This document shows positions 33,605 to 44,386 of a stretch of 64,000 nt of DNA, piece after piece. The stretch comes from an uncultured Planctomycetaceae bacterium (GTDB lineage Bacteria; Planctomycetota; Planctomycetia; Planctomycetales; Planctomycetaceae): positions 576,001-640,000 of the forward strand of contig CAWFAK010000005.1 in assembly GCA_963813715.1 (NCBI GenBank). The letters run 5' to 3'. The position numbers and the translations under genes are program-made. Position 1 is the stretch's first letter, and each line of letters begins with the position of its first letter. Below the pieces are notes generated by a model, which was given only the letters and a program-made list of their open reading frames with translations, had not been told where the DNA came from and made no database searches.

Positions 33605-33731
33605 ACGAAAGTCCAAATATCCCCCACCCTCACTCGAACCCAGACAGGCCGAAGTCGTCGCCACCTACTATCATTCTGCTTCTGACGTTCGACTGTTCTG
33701 ACGATTGACCGCGGACCCTGGATCGTCGACT

Positions 33732-35022
33732 GTGAGTGAAACCGGTGCGTGGGCCCCGTTCCGCTGGGCCGACTTTCGCAGCCTGTTCGCGGCCGCCTTT
33801 TGTTCGACCCTGGCGAGCCGCGCGCTCGCCGTTGTGCTGGGCTACGAAGTCTACGAGCTGACGGGCAATCCGCTGGCGCTGGGCCTGTTGGGACTCATCG
33901 AGGCGATTCCTTCGCTTTCGCTCGCGCTTTATGGCGGACACATCGCCGACCGGCACGACCGCCGCTCGATTCTGCGAATCACGCTGGGAGCGCTAATCTT
34001 CTGCGCGGGCGCTTTCGCTGTTGGGCGCGAGCGACGTGGGCGGGCTCAAGCTGACGCTGCTCTACAGCGTGGTCTTTATCGCCGGCATCGCCCGCGGGTT
34101 CGCCGAGCCGGCCGCGTCGGCCCTCGAAGCCCAGGTGGTGCCATGGGAGGTTCTGGTCAATTCGTCCACGCTGATGGCCAGCTGCTGGACGACGGCCGCC
34201 GTTATCGGACCACTCGCGGGCGGTTTCGCCTATCAACAACTGGGGCCGGCCAAGACCTATCTGGGGATCGGCATCCTCTACGCGCTGGGCTGGGTGAACA
34301 TCACGCGGATCGCCCGCCGGCCGCGGCCGCCGGCCCCCGAGGGAGAATCGGTGTGGCAAAGCGTGGCCGAGGGGGTGCGTTACGTCCTTTCCAACCAGGT
34401 GCTTTTAGGCTCGATGTCGCTCGATTTGTTCGCCGTGCTTTTCGGCGGGGCCATCGCGCTCTTGCCGATTTTCGCCCGCGACATTCTGCACGTCGGTCCC
34501 AGCGGCCTGGGCATGCTCAACGCGGCCCCGACGGCCGGCGCGCTCCTCACGACACTGGTCGCCAGCCGCCATCCGCCCGTGCGTCACGCCGGCCGCAATC
34601 TGATCCTGGCCGTCGCCGGCTTCGGCGTGTCGATGATCGTCTTTGCCTTCTCGCGCTCGTTCTGGCTGTCGCTCGTGGCGCTCGCCTTTAGCGGCGTTTT
34701 CGACGGCGTGAGCGTCGTGATTCGCCGGGCGATCATCCGTCTCTTCTCGCCCGATCGGCTCCGCGGGCGCATCGCCTCGGTGAGCATGATCTTTATCGGC
34801 TCCTCGAACGAGCTGGGCGCATTCGAGAGCGGCGTCACGGCGGCCTGGCTAGGGACGGTCCGCTCGGTCTGGGCGGGAGGCATTCTGACGCTGCTCGTGG
34901 TGGCCATCGCCTCCGGAGCCACGCCCGAGCTCAGGCGCTTGAGCCTCGACCCGGGCCAGGTCGTCCGCCGCGACGAAGAAGTCGACCGCGAGCTGGACAA
35001 GGAAGCAGTCGAGAACCTCTAA
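33732..35022 (+). CDS. MFS transporter (EntS/DHA3-like); frameshift at ~34020
   Basis: GGHIADRHDRR, LDLFAVLFGGAIALLPIFA, LRGRIASV, SNELGAFESG. Confidence 0.9.
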
Positions 35023-35046
35023 GCCGCGGCGCAAAGCACCGACGCA
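35023..35046 (+). repeat. 24-bp direct repeat, left copy (GCCGCGGCGCAAAGCACCGACGCA)
   Basis: 23/24 identical to 47659-47682; starts directly after the MFS stop codon. Confidence 0.8.
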
Positions 35047-35107
35047 TCCCAGTGGCCGGCCCGCCTCCGAGAAAACGGTCGTTTGATGGCAACATGGGGC
35101 GACTTTC

Positions 35108-35857
35108 TCAGAGTTCGAGCGCAAGTGTCTCGTCAAAGAGTCTAAACAAAGCTGCCCAGTGGCGCTCGGCGGCGGCCTGGTCGAACGAGGGAAGGTCCGG
35201 AACTGCGAAGCCATGACGCGCGGGATAAGTCTCGACCAAATGGTCCACCCCCGCCTCGGTCAACGCCCTTTCGAGGCGGTTCCTCTGTTCTTCGGGGAAT
35301 GACGCGTCCTCGACTGCACCGGCAACATAGACGCGGCCCGTTATTCTTCCCACGAAGAGATGAGGGCTATCAGGCTTGTCCGTGGCCAAATTGCCGCCGT
35401 GGAACGACGCGATCGCCGCAAATCGATCCGGGAACGCGCCGGCAGCAGTCAAGGAAGCGTTACCACCCATGCAATACCCCGTGGCACCGAATCGATTGCC
35501 TTTCACCTCGGGGCGTGATGACAGAAATTCGATGAAGGCGGCCGCGTCGGAAATTTTCCGGTCACGATCCAGGCTACTGGCGCATTTCAATAACTCTTCG
35601 CGTAAATTTGGGTCGGCCAACACCTGAGAGGGAACCTTCGGCGGATAACTCCCCAGGCGGTAATAGAGATCGGGCAGCAGCACGAGATAGCCACGATCAG
35701 CCAAACGCTGGCCCATCTCCCACATCACTGGGCGGATCCCGAGACCGTCCATGAAGAAGATCACGCCAGGCCAGGGACCCACGACGTCGCCAGGGGTAAG
35801 GACTGAAGCCGGGCAGATTCCGTCGCGAGTCTTGATGGTGGCGTCAAGGCGGGGCAC
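35108..35857 (-). CDS. Dienelactone hydrolase family protein
   Basis: MDGLGIRP, LPDLYYR, nucleophile GYCMGG, SFHGG, ARHGFAVPD. Confidence 0.92.
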   Translation of the reverse strand: MPRLDATIKTRDGICPASVLTPGDVVGPWPGVIFFMDGLGIRPVMWEMGQRLADRGYLVLLPDLYYRLGSYPPKVPSQVLADPNLREELLKCASSLDRDRKISDAAAFIEFLSSRPEVKGNRFGATGYCMGGNASLTAAGAFPDRFAAIASFHGGNLATDKPDSPHLFVGRITGRVYVAGAVEDASFPEEQRNRLERALTEAGVDHLVETYPARHGFAVPDLPSFDQAAAERHWAALFRLFDETLALEL

Positions 35858-35960
35858 GGGCGCGTTCCTCCAAGAATTACGTCAGGACGCACATCAAGTC
35901 TGACAACAGAGCAATTCCGTGATCGCCTCTTCCTCTCTGCATTCAGTATTCTCACGACCG

Positions 35961-36575
35961 TTAACGGGAGAGTTTTTTCTCGAGGTAGAGGCGGTTCATC
36001 TCGCGGAGTTCCGACAGCGCACCGGGTCTGAAGAACGAGTCCGGTTCGATCGTCCACGTCTTCATCGTTTTCATGTTGTTCATGAGGACGGCGGCAATGC
36101 CCGCAGCCGTCCCCGCGGGCAGCTGCGGCGCGCGAAGCCTCAAAAGCCCCGCGATCCGCGAGAGCACGGTGTCGCACAGCTCCTCGCGTTTCGCCGACAA
36201 TTCCCTGCGCGCTTCGAGCAAGGCCACGATCGCCTGCGACTCGGGTTGCAGTTCGACGAAAAATCCGATCAGCGCATCTGCCAGCTCGCCAATCGACACC
36301 GTGCTGACCCGGTGTTCGATCTTGGCGAACGCGGCATCGAGGATTTCCCCGTACCGACGGAGCAGTGCGTCCGCCAAAACCTCTTTGTTGGGAAAGAAGT
36401 GGTACAGCGATCCGATGTGCGCGCTGCCGTGCGCGGCGATCTCGGCCATCGTTGCCGCCTCGTAACCCCGCTCGGCGATTACTTCAGTCGCTGCCGCGAG
36501 CAGTGATGCGACGCGGAGTTCCCCGGGTCTGCGACTCGGGTTGAGCGCCACGCGTCGACGTTTCAATTTCGGCAT
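35961..36575 (-). CDS. TetR/AcrR family transcriptional regulator
   Basis: LLAAATEVIAERGYEAATMAEIA...IGSLYHFFPNKEVL; likely ATG at 36575. Confidence 0.9.
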   Translation of the reverse strand: MPKLKRRRVALNPSRRPGELRVASLLAAATEVIAERGYEAATMAEIAAHGSAHIGSLYHFFPNKEVLADALLRRYGEILDAAFAKIEHRVSTVSIGELADALIGFFVELQPESQAIVALLEARRELSAKREELCDTVLSRIAGLLRLRAPQLPAGTAAGIAAVLMNNMKTMKTWTIEPDSFFRPGALSELREMNRLYLEKKLSR

Positions 36576-36577
36576 TT

Positions 36578-36658
36578 TTGAGCCCACCCTCAAATTAGTT
36601 TTGACATCTTTGAGCCCATCCTCAATTATTACCACTAGATACTTGAGTGTTAACTCAA
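36578..36658. promoter_or_regulatory. Three TTGAG-N6-CTCAA palindromes (putative TetR operators)
   Basis: Sites at 36578-36593, 36610-36625 and 36643-36658; TTGACA at 36601-36606 lies between sites 1 and 2. Confidence 0.75.
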
Positions 36659-36671
36659 ATAAATCAGGAGC

Positions 36672-37046
36672 ATGGGTCGGTTGTCAAGAGCCAAATGCCT
36701 CCTGCCACTTTCCGAGAGACGTGCAAACATGAATCCCACCCTGATCGGTCGCCATCCGCGAATGCCTCTCGTCTGGTCGGCCGTTGGCCGGACTGCTCGA
36801 TTGTCGATCTTCGGGTTCGTCGGCTGGTTCTGGTTCATCAGCGGAAACGACTCCACCGGCAGAGCTGTGTCAATTGTCGCGGCCCTGGTTCTTGCCGCCC
36901 TCGCCGGCGTCACGTGGTATGCGTCCCGAGCCCGCACCGACAGGCGGTGGCGGGCTGTATTGGATCGTTACGCCACACGAGAACTCATGAAAAGGACCGG
37001 CTCCGGAAGGGGCCCTCGTTCGCGTCCTAACTCGATAGTGGGTTAA
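36672..37046 (+). CDS. Hypothetical small membrane protein (start 36672 or 36729)
   Basis: AGGAG before ATG 36672; two hydrophobic segments; RRWRAVLDRYA. Confidence 0.5.
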   Translation: MGRLSRAKCLLPLSERRANMNPTLIGRHPRMPLVWSAVGRTARLSIFGFVGWFWFISGNDSTGRAVSIVAALVLAALAGVTWYASRARTDRRWRAVLDRYATRELMKRTGSGRGPRSRPNSIVG

Positions 37047-37098
37047 CCAACTCGTGGTCCGGAATTGTGCGTCGTAGTCACCAACTTTGGATCAAGAA

Positions 37099-37384
37099 TA
37101 TGAGCAACAACGATCAAGGTCGGACTTGTGGACAAGTCGTCCGGGCCGAGAATCTCGCGGCCGAACTCACCCATGCTGTCTATCCTCTGCTGCTTCGGCG
37201 CGGGTTGAAGGATTCGTGGCTCAAGACGGAACTGATTGTCTGGAAGCGTTTGACAAGAACGATCACGCGATGGATCGCAGAGCGGCCGCGAGCAACGACA
37301 GCGCGTGAACTTGAGGTCCTGCGGGCACGCCTACTCGCGGGCGATTCCGATGAGCTTGCTCCGTCGCTTTGCAGCGGCAGCTGA
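37099..37384 (+). CDS. Hypothetical protein preceding the RND adaptor
   Basis: Protein-like ENLAAELTHAVYPLLLRRG..DSWLK.EL segment; co-oriented with the RND ORF. Confidence 0.5.
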
Positions 37385-37458
37385 GCAACTCAGCGCCCGA
37401 ACTTCGTGATGCCCGCGGCTGGGCCTTTATCCGAGTTCGTCGATAGGAAGCGGTTCTT

Positions 37459-39267
37459 ATGACAACGCGATCACATGCTCGTGCTCTGATGTTGGTCCTT
37501 GGACTGTCCGTCGGCGCGACCGGATGCGCTCGGGCGCCGTCGGCCCTGCCACCCGCGCCGCCGGTCGCGGTCACTGTCAGTCATCCCGTCGAGCGATACG
37601 TCACCGACTACGCGGATTTCACTGCTCGGATCGCCGCCGTCGATTCCGTCGAGGTGTGCGCGCACGTCTGGGGATACCTGCAGAAGGTCAACTTCCGCGA
37701 AGGGGACCTTGTCGAAAAAGGGCGAGTGCTCTTTGAGCTGGATCCACGTCCCTACCAAGCGCTCCTGAACCAGGCGAAGGCAAAGGTCACTCAGGACAAA
37801 ACGCAACTCGCATTCGATGAGGCGGAATACCAGCGGAACCTTCAGCTTTACCAAAGGACGGCGGTCACCCGTTCGCAACTGGACAAGGCTGCCGCGACGC
37901 GCGACATCGATCTGGCCAACATCGAGGCTGACAACGCGGCCGTCGCGACCAACGCGCTCAACCTGGAATACACGAAAATCACCGCCCCGGTCAGTGGGCG
38001 CGTCAGCCGCTACGACGTGACCGTGGGCAATCTCATTCTTTCGGGGGACCAGGGAGGCAGCGGCGGCACGCTCCTGACCATGATCGTCTCGGTGGATCCG
38101 ATGTATGCCTACTTCGACGTCGACGAACTCACCGTCCAGCGCGCCCGACAGTTGGTCCGCGCCGGCAAGCTGAAATCGCACGACGAAGCCACGCTCTCCG
38201 TGTCCCTCGGTTTGGCCGCGGAAGAGGGGTTTCCCCGTGCGGGCACGGTCAATTTCGTAGACAACCAGGTCAATCCGAAGATGGGCACGCTGCGCACCCG
38301 AGGCGTGTTTCCCAACACAGATGGAGCGCTCACCCCCGGCTTCTTCGCCCGCGTGCGGATTCCCGTGAGCCCACCGCACCAAGCCATGCTGGTGAGCGAA
38401 CGTGCTCTCGACAGCGACCAGGGGCAGAAGGTCGTTTACGTCGTCGACAAAGACATGTTTCCGGCGGCACCGATCGCCGGTGCCTTCCTGCCCGAGATGA
38501 GCACGGGTGACGTCCTGGCGACCATGGAGCGTCTCGCCGACCAGGAACTGCCGAAAAACATGGCTTACGAGTGGACCGAACTGAGCTATCTGCAGAAGCT
38601 GGCGAGCAAGGTCGTCGAGTTTCGAGACCTGCGGCAGAACCCGTTGAGCGCCTACGTGCTGGGGGCCGTGCTGGTCTTCTTCGTTCTCGCTGGCCTCTAC
38701 GAGGGATGGTCGCTGCCTCTGGCGGTGATCCTGGTCGTGCCGATGTGCGTGCTCTGCGCCCTGGCCGGTGTCTTCTTCCGCAGCCTGGACAACAACTTGT
38801 TCACTCAGATCGGGTTCGTGGTGCTCATCGGCCTGGCGTGTAAGAACGCGATTTTGATCGTCGAGTTCGCCCGCGATCGCCAGCTCGAGGGCAAGTCCGC
38901 GTTCGAAGCCGCGGTGGAAGCAGCGCGGGTGCGGCTGCGGCCGATCGTGATGACAACGTTTTGCTTCATTCACATGGTGCCGCCGTACTTCGCCTCGGGC
39001 GCCGGCGCGGAGATGCGCCGCTCGGTGGGCACCGCGATGTTGTGGGGGGCCTTTGGCGTGACGCTCTTCGGGATCTTCCTGACGCCGATGTTCTTCTACG
39101 TCATCCGAAGGCATGTCCGAGTGCGACCGCCAGCCCTCGAGCCAGCCACTGACGCGGTCGACGGCTGGCGCCGGCCGTACGGGTTGTCGACGGTTGTCTC
39201 GATGTCCGGAAATGAGGAGCCTGGTCACGGGAACGGCCTGGGAGGCCGGTTGCCGCATCGCTCCTAA
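37459..39267 (+). CDS. Chimeric ORF: RND periplasmic adaptor (MFP) fused in frame to the C-terminal part of an AcrB-type RND permease (probable internal deletion)
   Basis: Lipoprotein-like GATGC, ITAPVSGRVSR, LTPGFFARVRI and DQGQKVVYVVDKD are followed directly by MFPAAPI, YEWTELSY, LYEGWSLP, KNAILIVEFA, RLRPIVMT. Confidence 0.85.
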   Translation: MTTRSHARALMLVLGLSVGATGCARAPSALPPAPPVAVTVSHPVERYVTDYADFTARIAAVDSVEVCAHVWGYLQKVNFREGDLVEKGRVLFELDPRPYQALLNQAKAKVTQDKTQLAFDEAEYQRNLQLYQRTAVTRSQLDKAAATRDIDLANIEADNAAVATNALNLEYTKITAPVSGRVSRYDVTVGNLILSGDQGGSGGTLLTMIVSVDPMYAYFDVDELTVQRARQLVRAGKLKSHDEATLSVSLGLAAEEGFPRAGTVNFVDNQVNPKMGTLRTRGVFPNTDGALTPGFFARVRIPVSPPHQAMLVSERALDSDQGQKVVYVVDKDMFPAAPIAGAFLPEMSTGDVLATMERLADQELPKNMAYEWTELSYLQKLASKVVEFRDLRQNPLSAYVLGAVLVFFVLAGLYEGWSLPLAVILVVPMCVLCALAGVFFRSLDNNLFTQIGFVVLIGLACKNAILIVEFARDRQLEGKSAFEAAVEAARVRLRPIVMTTFCFIHMVPPYFASGAGAEMRRSVGTAMLWGAFGVTLFGIFLTPMFFYVIRRHVRVRPPALEPATDAVDGWRRPYGLSTVVSMSGNEEPGHGNGLGGRLPHRS

Positions 39268-39283
39268 TCAGGAGGGGGGTCCG

Positions 39284-39992
39284 ATGACTATTAGTCATAT
39301 GCAGCACCCGCCCGCACCTCTGCTAACACAAGAGGCGCTGGCGACCGTCGCACACGAGTTGCGTGATCCACTCGCTGCCGTTCTTTTCGCGCTGGAAGCG
39401 CTCCCCGGGAATGCGGATCCGGACATCCGACGAGCACGCTCGATTGCGCAGCATCAGGCGCGGCGGGCCGTGCAGATTGTGGACGACCTCTTCGAGCTCT
39501 GCGCCGCGTCTCAGGATCGGCTGCACCTTCACAAGGAAGTTGTGGAACTGGCCGTCATCGTGGCGGGCGCGACGGACGTGACCTGCGCACCTGCTCGCCG
39601 CTCGGGGGCACCGGCTAATGGTTTCGCTGCCAACCTCGCCGGTGTTTCTTTCCGCCGACCCCTTGCGGCTCGAGCAGGTGCTGACGAACCTGCTCGCTAA
39701 CGCAGCTAAGTATACCGACCCCGGAGGCGATCTCCGGCTAACCGCGGAGGCCGAACCGGGGGAAATCGTGCTGCGAGTCCGAGACAACGGAAGAGGGATC
39801 GCTCCGGAGTTTCAGTCGCGATTGTTCGAACGATTCTGGCAAGGCTCGGAGGAAAACGCTGCGGGAGGCATCGGACTCGGGCTGGCCCTGGTCAAGTCCC
39901 TGGTCGAGCTGCATGGGGGCAGCGTCGCCGCCTACAGCGATGGCCTCGGCGCGGGGGCCGAGTTCATCGTTCATCTACCAACCCTAATGTAG
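39284..39992 (+). CDS. Histidine kinase core (HisKA + HATPase) with no sensor domain; frameshift at ~39580
   Basis: VAHELRDPL, QVLTNLLANAAKYT, VRDNGRGI, GIGLGLALVKSLVELHGG. Confidence 0.85.
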
Positions 39993-40342
39993 CGGCCGTT
40001 GCGCCTTGCTGCCGTGCTCACTGGGCTCTCCCTGAGCGTGTACGCAGCAGCGCCGCGCAGGCGTCGGGCAGGTCGACGAGACTCCGAATCGGACCGGCAA
40101 GCTAAACAGAAAACGTTCCTCAGATGGAACGTCCTGGATTCGACGAGTTTCTGGGACTCCGCCGCTGCCCTGGTGCATTCATTGCCGTTCGGAATCGGAC
40201 AAGCTGCCGCGACGGCGAGCGCCGCGTTCCGCAATAGGGTCGTTTGACCGACTTGTGAACCCCGGTCATCGGCAATGGGATTCGGCTGCACCAAAGCTTG
40301 GGCCATTCCAAGTTAGCCCCATCGCGCACCGCCTACCCTGAG

Positions 40343-41274
40343 TCATTCAACAATTTTCGCGTTCGGCAGCGATTTACGGAGTTCCGCCAGGCCGGCGTCG
40401 GTGATCCTGGTGTCATTGAGCCAGAGCTTCGCCAGTTTCTTGAGCTGTCCGATCTCTTTGACGCCGACGTCCGTGATCCGGGTTTTGATAAGGCAGAGTG
40501 TCGTCAGGTTCTTAAGTTCCCGGAGCTCCTTCAGTCCGGCATCCGCGATCGCCGTGTTTCTGAGGTCGAGCTCGGTGAGGTTCTTGAGTCCGCGTAGCTC
40601 CTTGAGTGCGCCGTCGGTAATTCGGGTATCGCCGAGGTTGAGGTCTGTCAGAATCTTGTGCTCGCCCAGTTCCTTCAGACCCGCGTTTGTGATCCCCGTA
40701 TGGTCAACGGCCAGGTTCGTTACATTTGTCAGCCCTCGGAGCTCCCGTAAGCCAGCGTCCGTGATGTGCGCGAAACCGAGCTCGAGCCTTGTCAGGTTCT
40801 TGAGGGGCCTGAGCTCTTTCAGGCCGGCATCGGTGATGGCGCTACGGGGACTGCTGAGGAAGAGTGTCGTCAGGTTCTTGAGTGCTTTGAACTCCGCCAA
40901 ATCGGCGTCTGTGACAACAGGCCCGAGGACAACAAGCTCCTTGAGGTTCTTGAGCTTCCCGAGCCCTTTCAGGCCGGTTTTGGGCACCTCGGCCCCAAAT
41001 AAGCCCAGCGACCAGAGAGTGTTGCATTCGCTCAGCTCCCTCATGCCGGCATCCGAGACGCCGATATAGAGGTTGAATTCATTCAGTTTCTGTTCGCGCA
41101 GACCCTTCAGGTCAGTCACGCTGTTGGGAAATTTCCGCTTGCTTTCCCGGATCTTCGAGATGTCGTCGAGATCGCCTTGGGCGATTAGGGAATTGTTGAG
41201 TGCTATCACTGCGGCAACAACCAGCGCGCGTGGAAGCGGAGCCTTCGGAGGTGGCGACTAAAGCAGTCGCTCAT
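40343..41274 (-). CDS. Leucine-rich-repeat protein with 24-aa repeats; start uncertain (possible frameshift near the N-terminus)
   Basis: About 9-10 repeats of LKNLTxLxLxxTxITDAGLKELxx; ends LRKSLPNAKI. Confidence 0.9.
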
Positions 41275-41876
41275 CAGCACTGCCTTTGGCTGTCGATCAA
41301 TTGTGGTCTGAGAATTTGACGTCTCGCGGCCCCGCGCGACAAAACGGTGCCTTGCCGTGGGGCCGACATCGGCTTCAGGAACCCTTGCGCTTTTGATCAC
41401 GCGAAGCTGAGGGATGAGCGCTTTTGGGTGCATCCTCCACGGGCGCGATTGCAACCTTAAGTCCCCGGGGCAACTGGCAGGCGTGAACATTGAGGGAAGC
41501 AACTCTCGCAGTTGTCCGGCGAGCCGCTGGTAGTACGGTGCACCTTGAGCTTCCGCGGAATTGACCGGTGGATCTCCAGCGCCTGCCAGTAGCCCGCAGC
41601 GGAATCCCCCTTGGAACGACAGGGCATACGCACACATCTCGTATCTAACAGCCCCGCGCGTTGAACGCAAAAGGAATCTCGTGTGGCGATCTTCAGAAAA
41701 CCTTCCTCAAGTGGAACTTCCCGGAAACCAAGAGTTTTTGAAACTCGATTGATGGAAGACCGATCGCGCGGGCGTTCGAAATCGGACGAAGGGCGCGATA
41801 GCGATGCCGCCCCCGCAAATGGGTTGTTTTTGGCGATCCCAGCAAAAGGATTGAGTTTTTGCGGACTGCGGCGTTC

Positions 41877-43437
41877 TCAGAACGTGCTGATGACCGCCGT
41901 TTCCGCGTCGCCATCCGTGTCGCCATCGTGTGATGGTGATAGTGCACGGCACACTTCACCGCGTAGGAGAATAGAACCGACGGATCACGACGCGATCTCA
42001 ATAATCTGGCGATTCGGCGGCGATACTCCGCTCGCAGCCGATCGTCGGACACCTGACGCATCAGTGCGAGTAAATCCCCAAGAATCGCACGAGATTGGTG
42101 GCTTGCGATCTCAGCCCCTGCGAGGGATGCCTGCGCCGAAGCGCTCGATCGGGCCATCGCAAATCGGAAGCGGTCCTTCAGGAATAAGTCGTCAACACGA
42201 TCGAAATACTCCGCGGGTGCATAAACTTCCCGCATCAACTCGAGGTACCCGTCCGCAGCTCCTCTCGGCTCATTAAGAGCGGAATCACATTGGTGCCATA
42301 AGGCGTCTCGTCATCGAGATCGAGACGATTCGCGGCGGCCAGTCGGTCGTAGAGGGGTGTTTTCGGAATCGCGTGCAGCATGCCGATCATGGCGTGGGCA
42401 ATCCGCGCCTCCTGGAGAAACTGCCTGTGCGCTTCAAAGATCGAGGCGTCATCGTGATCGAAACCGAGAATCATCCCGCACCAGACGTCCAGGCCGGCTC
42501 TCTGAATCGTTCGGACCTTGTCGATCATCGAGCCCCCTTTGCGGACGTTCTGAAACTTCTTAGTTTCGCGGAGGGAGGCTTCATTCGGACTCTCGATTCC
42601 GACAAACACGCTCACGAAGTTCGCTTGGACCATCAGGCGCATCAACTCTTCGTCTTCCGCCAGATCCAGTGATGCCTCGGTGAAAAACATCAGCGGATAG
42701 CCGTTCCGGCGCTGCCACTCGGCCAGATCCCGCAACACGGCCTTGATCGCCGTTTTGTTGCCGATCAAGTTGTCATCCACGACGAAGACGATCTCCATCC
42801 TCTGCGCGAGCAGGGCTTCCAGCTCGGAAATCACTTGGGCGGACGTTTTCAGACGCGGCCGTCGACCGAACGTGACGATGATGTCGAGAACCGCATTGAA
42901 ACGGGCAGCCTCGGGAAAACTGCGTGCTGCCGAACATGTAGTGACGCATCATCAGCCGATCCCAGCGCGGAACCGGTACCTTGGTCATGTCGGACTGGCT
43001 CGTCTGCTCGTAACGCCGCTGTGGTACACCCTGCTGCCAGTCGCGCAAAAAACGGGGCCACGTCTCTTCTGCCTCTCCCACAAAAATCACGTCCGCGAGG
43101 CCGGCGAAATAGTCTTCCTGGACGGTCACCCAGGGTCCGCCGACCACAAGGAATCCGCCGCGCCGCTTAACCTCCTGCGCGATCTCTCGCATCCGAGAGC
43201 GCTGCACACGCTCATTCCGGTGATGCCCACGATGTCCGCTCGAGCGAGACGCTCGAAATCGAGCGTCTCGACGCTCTCGTCCACGAGCGTCACGCCGTGC
43301 TCCGGGGGAGTCAGTGCCGCCAGCAAGGGCAAACTTGCCGGAGGCACATTGGCTCGCTTGCCGAACAGCGGCAATGCGTGCTCCAGCCCCCAATACGACG
43401 TCTCGAACGCCGGGTTGACGAGCACGACGTCTGCCAT
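41877..43437 (-). CDS. B12-binding radical SAM protein with DUF4070-type C-terminus; several frameshifts
   Basis: LVNPAFETSYWG, VGGPWVT, FVGEAEETWP, SRGCPFQC (indel inside CxxxCxxC), FVVDDNLIGN, FTEASLDLA, GIESP, ILGFDHD. Confidence 0.88.
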
Positions 43438-44077
43438 GATCGGCCTCAACGGGACTGTAAGAGTTCGCTCAAACGATTGCGACCCTCGTTGAGGATGAAA
43501 TCGCGCCAGGTCGGCCAGCCAAGTTTCTCGGCGGGCAACGCGTCCGCCACCCCGCCAGAGCATTCTCGATGTCGGATTGGGTCACCGGATGCGGCGGTCC
43601 CAATGGTACCAGGATCAATCCGCCAACGCGCGCCTTAGCACAAATCTCAGTCAATCGGGACGGGGCCACTGCGTCTGCAACTACCGTCGATTCTCGGTTC
43701 GGCCGTGAAAACGGACGAGTTGATGCGGTACACGGAACAGTGTGCTGAAAAACGAATTGAGTTTCCGCTGTCCGTCGGAGCGGCACTTATCGGTCGTCAA
43801 GCGATTTCTGATTGCTCCTCCCGCTGATGTCCGTCGCGCTCCAAGACTTGAGTCGCACGTCGAGGCGGAAGATTCAGTTCTGCCTTAGCCTGGGCCAGTC
43901 TATTGTCAGCCACATTCCCGGCGTTACCGACGTAGCCGCGGCGCTCCGGAGCTTGATCGCGTGACAGTCGTTGAAGCGCGCCTCCGCAAGAATGCGGTGT
44001 CCGTCAGTTTTTGCGTGGTAGCAGATCACCATTTCGTTAAACGTCCGGCAGCGGGGCTAAACCAAATCGTCCATGCC

Positions 44078-44386
44078 TCATTCCGGGCCAATAAGGTCAG
44101 CATATGCTGATTCGCCAACCGGCGCGAAAGCAGTCCCGTCGCTCCTTGCGAGAGATCGCTGGGTTACCCGATTCGAGGCATGGCTCGGTTTGAATACAAC
44201 CCAGATCGCCGCCTCGGGACCATCTGGCGGATTCGGGTGAATGCCGGCGTCCGAGGACTTTAGTGCAGCCGGCAAAAACCCGGGAAAGCTGATGCCCGTT
44301 TTGAACTTCGACACGATCTTGTCTGCCTGCTGCCGCGGCACTCGAAACGCCGCCCTTACTTCAAACGGTAGAGGGAGCTGTGTCAT
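44078..44386 (-). CDS. Hypothetical protein
   Basis: 102-aa ORF with GGGA RBS-like sequence upstream; no recognisable motif. Confidence 0.35.
   Translation of the reverse strand: MTQLPLPFEVRAAFRVPRQQADKIVSKFKTGISFPGFLPAALKSSDAGIHPNPPDGPEAAIWVVFKPSHASNRVTQRSLARSDGTAFAPVGESAYADLIGPE

Noticed and set aside
36578..36658. Three regularly spaced repeats as a mini CRISPR array
   Set aside because: Units are 16 bp with 16-17 bp gaps, no cas genes are present, and the position fits operators
37471..39258. Long antisense ORFs (also 8575-10113, 48688-50391, 53753-55540, 56293-58275)
   Set aside because: Shadow ORFs typical of high-GC coding DNA; the opposite strand carries the recognisable motifs
40343..41050. 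72-bp periodicity as a DNA repeat array
   Set aside because: Explained by 24-aa leucine-rich repeats in a coding sequence
43874..44074. Minus-strand ORF with an in-frame TAG at codon 6 as stop-codon readthrough or pyrrolysine
   Set aside because: Short, no recognisable homology, no pyl genes; error or non-coding DNA is more likely
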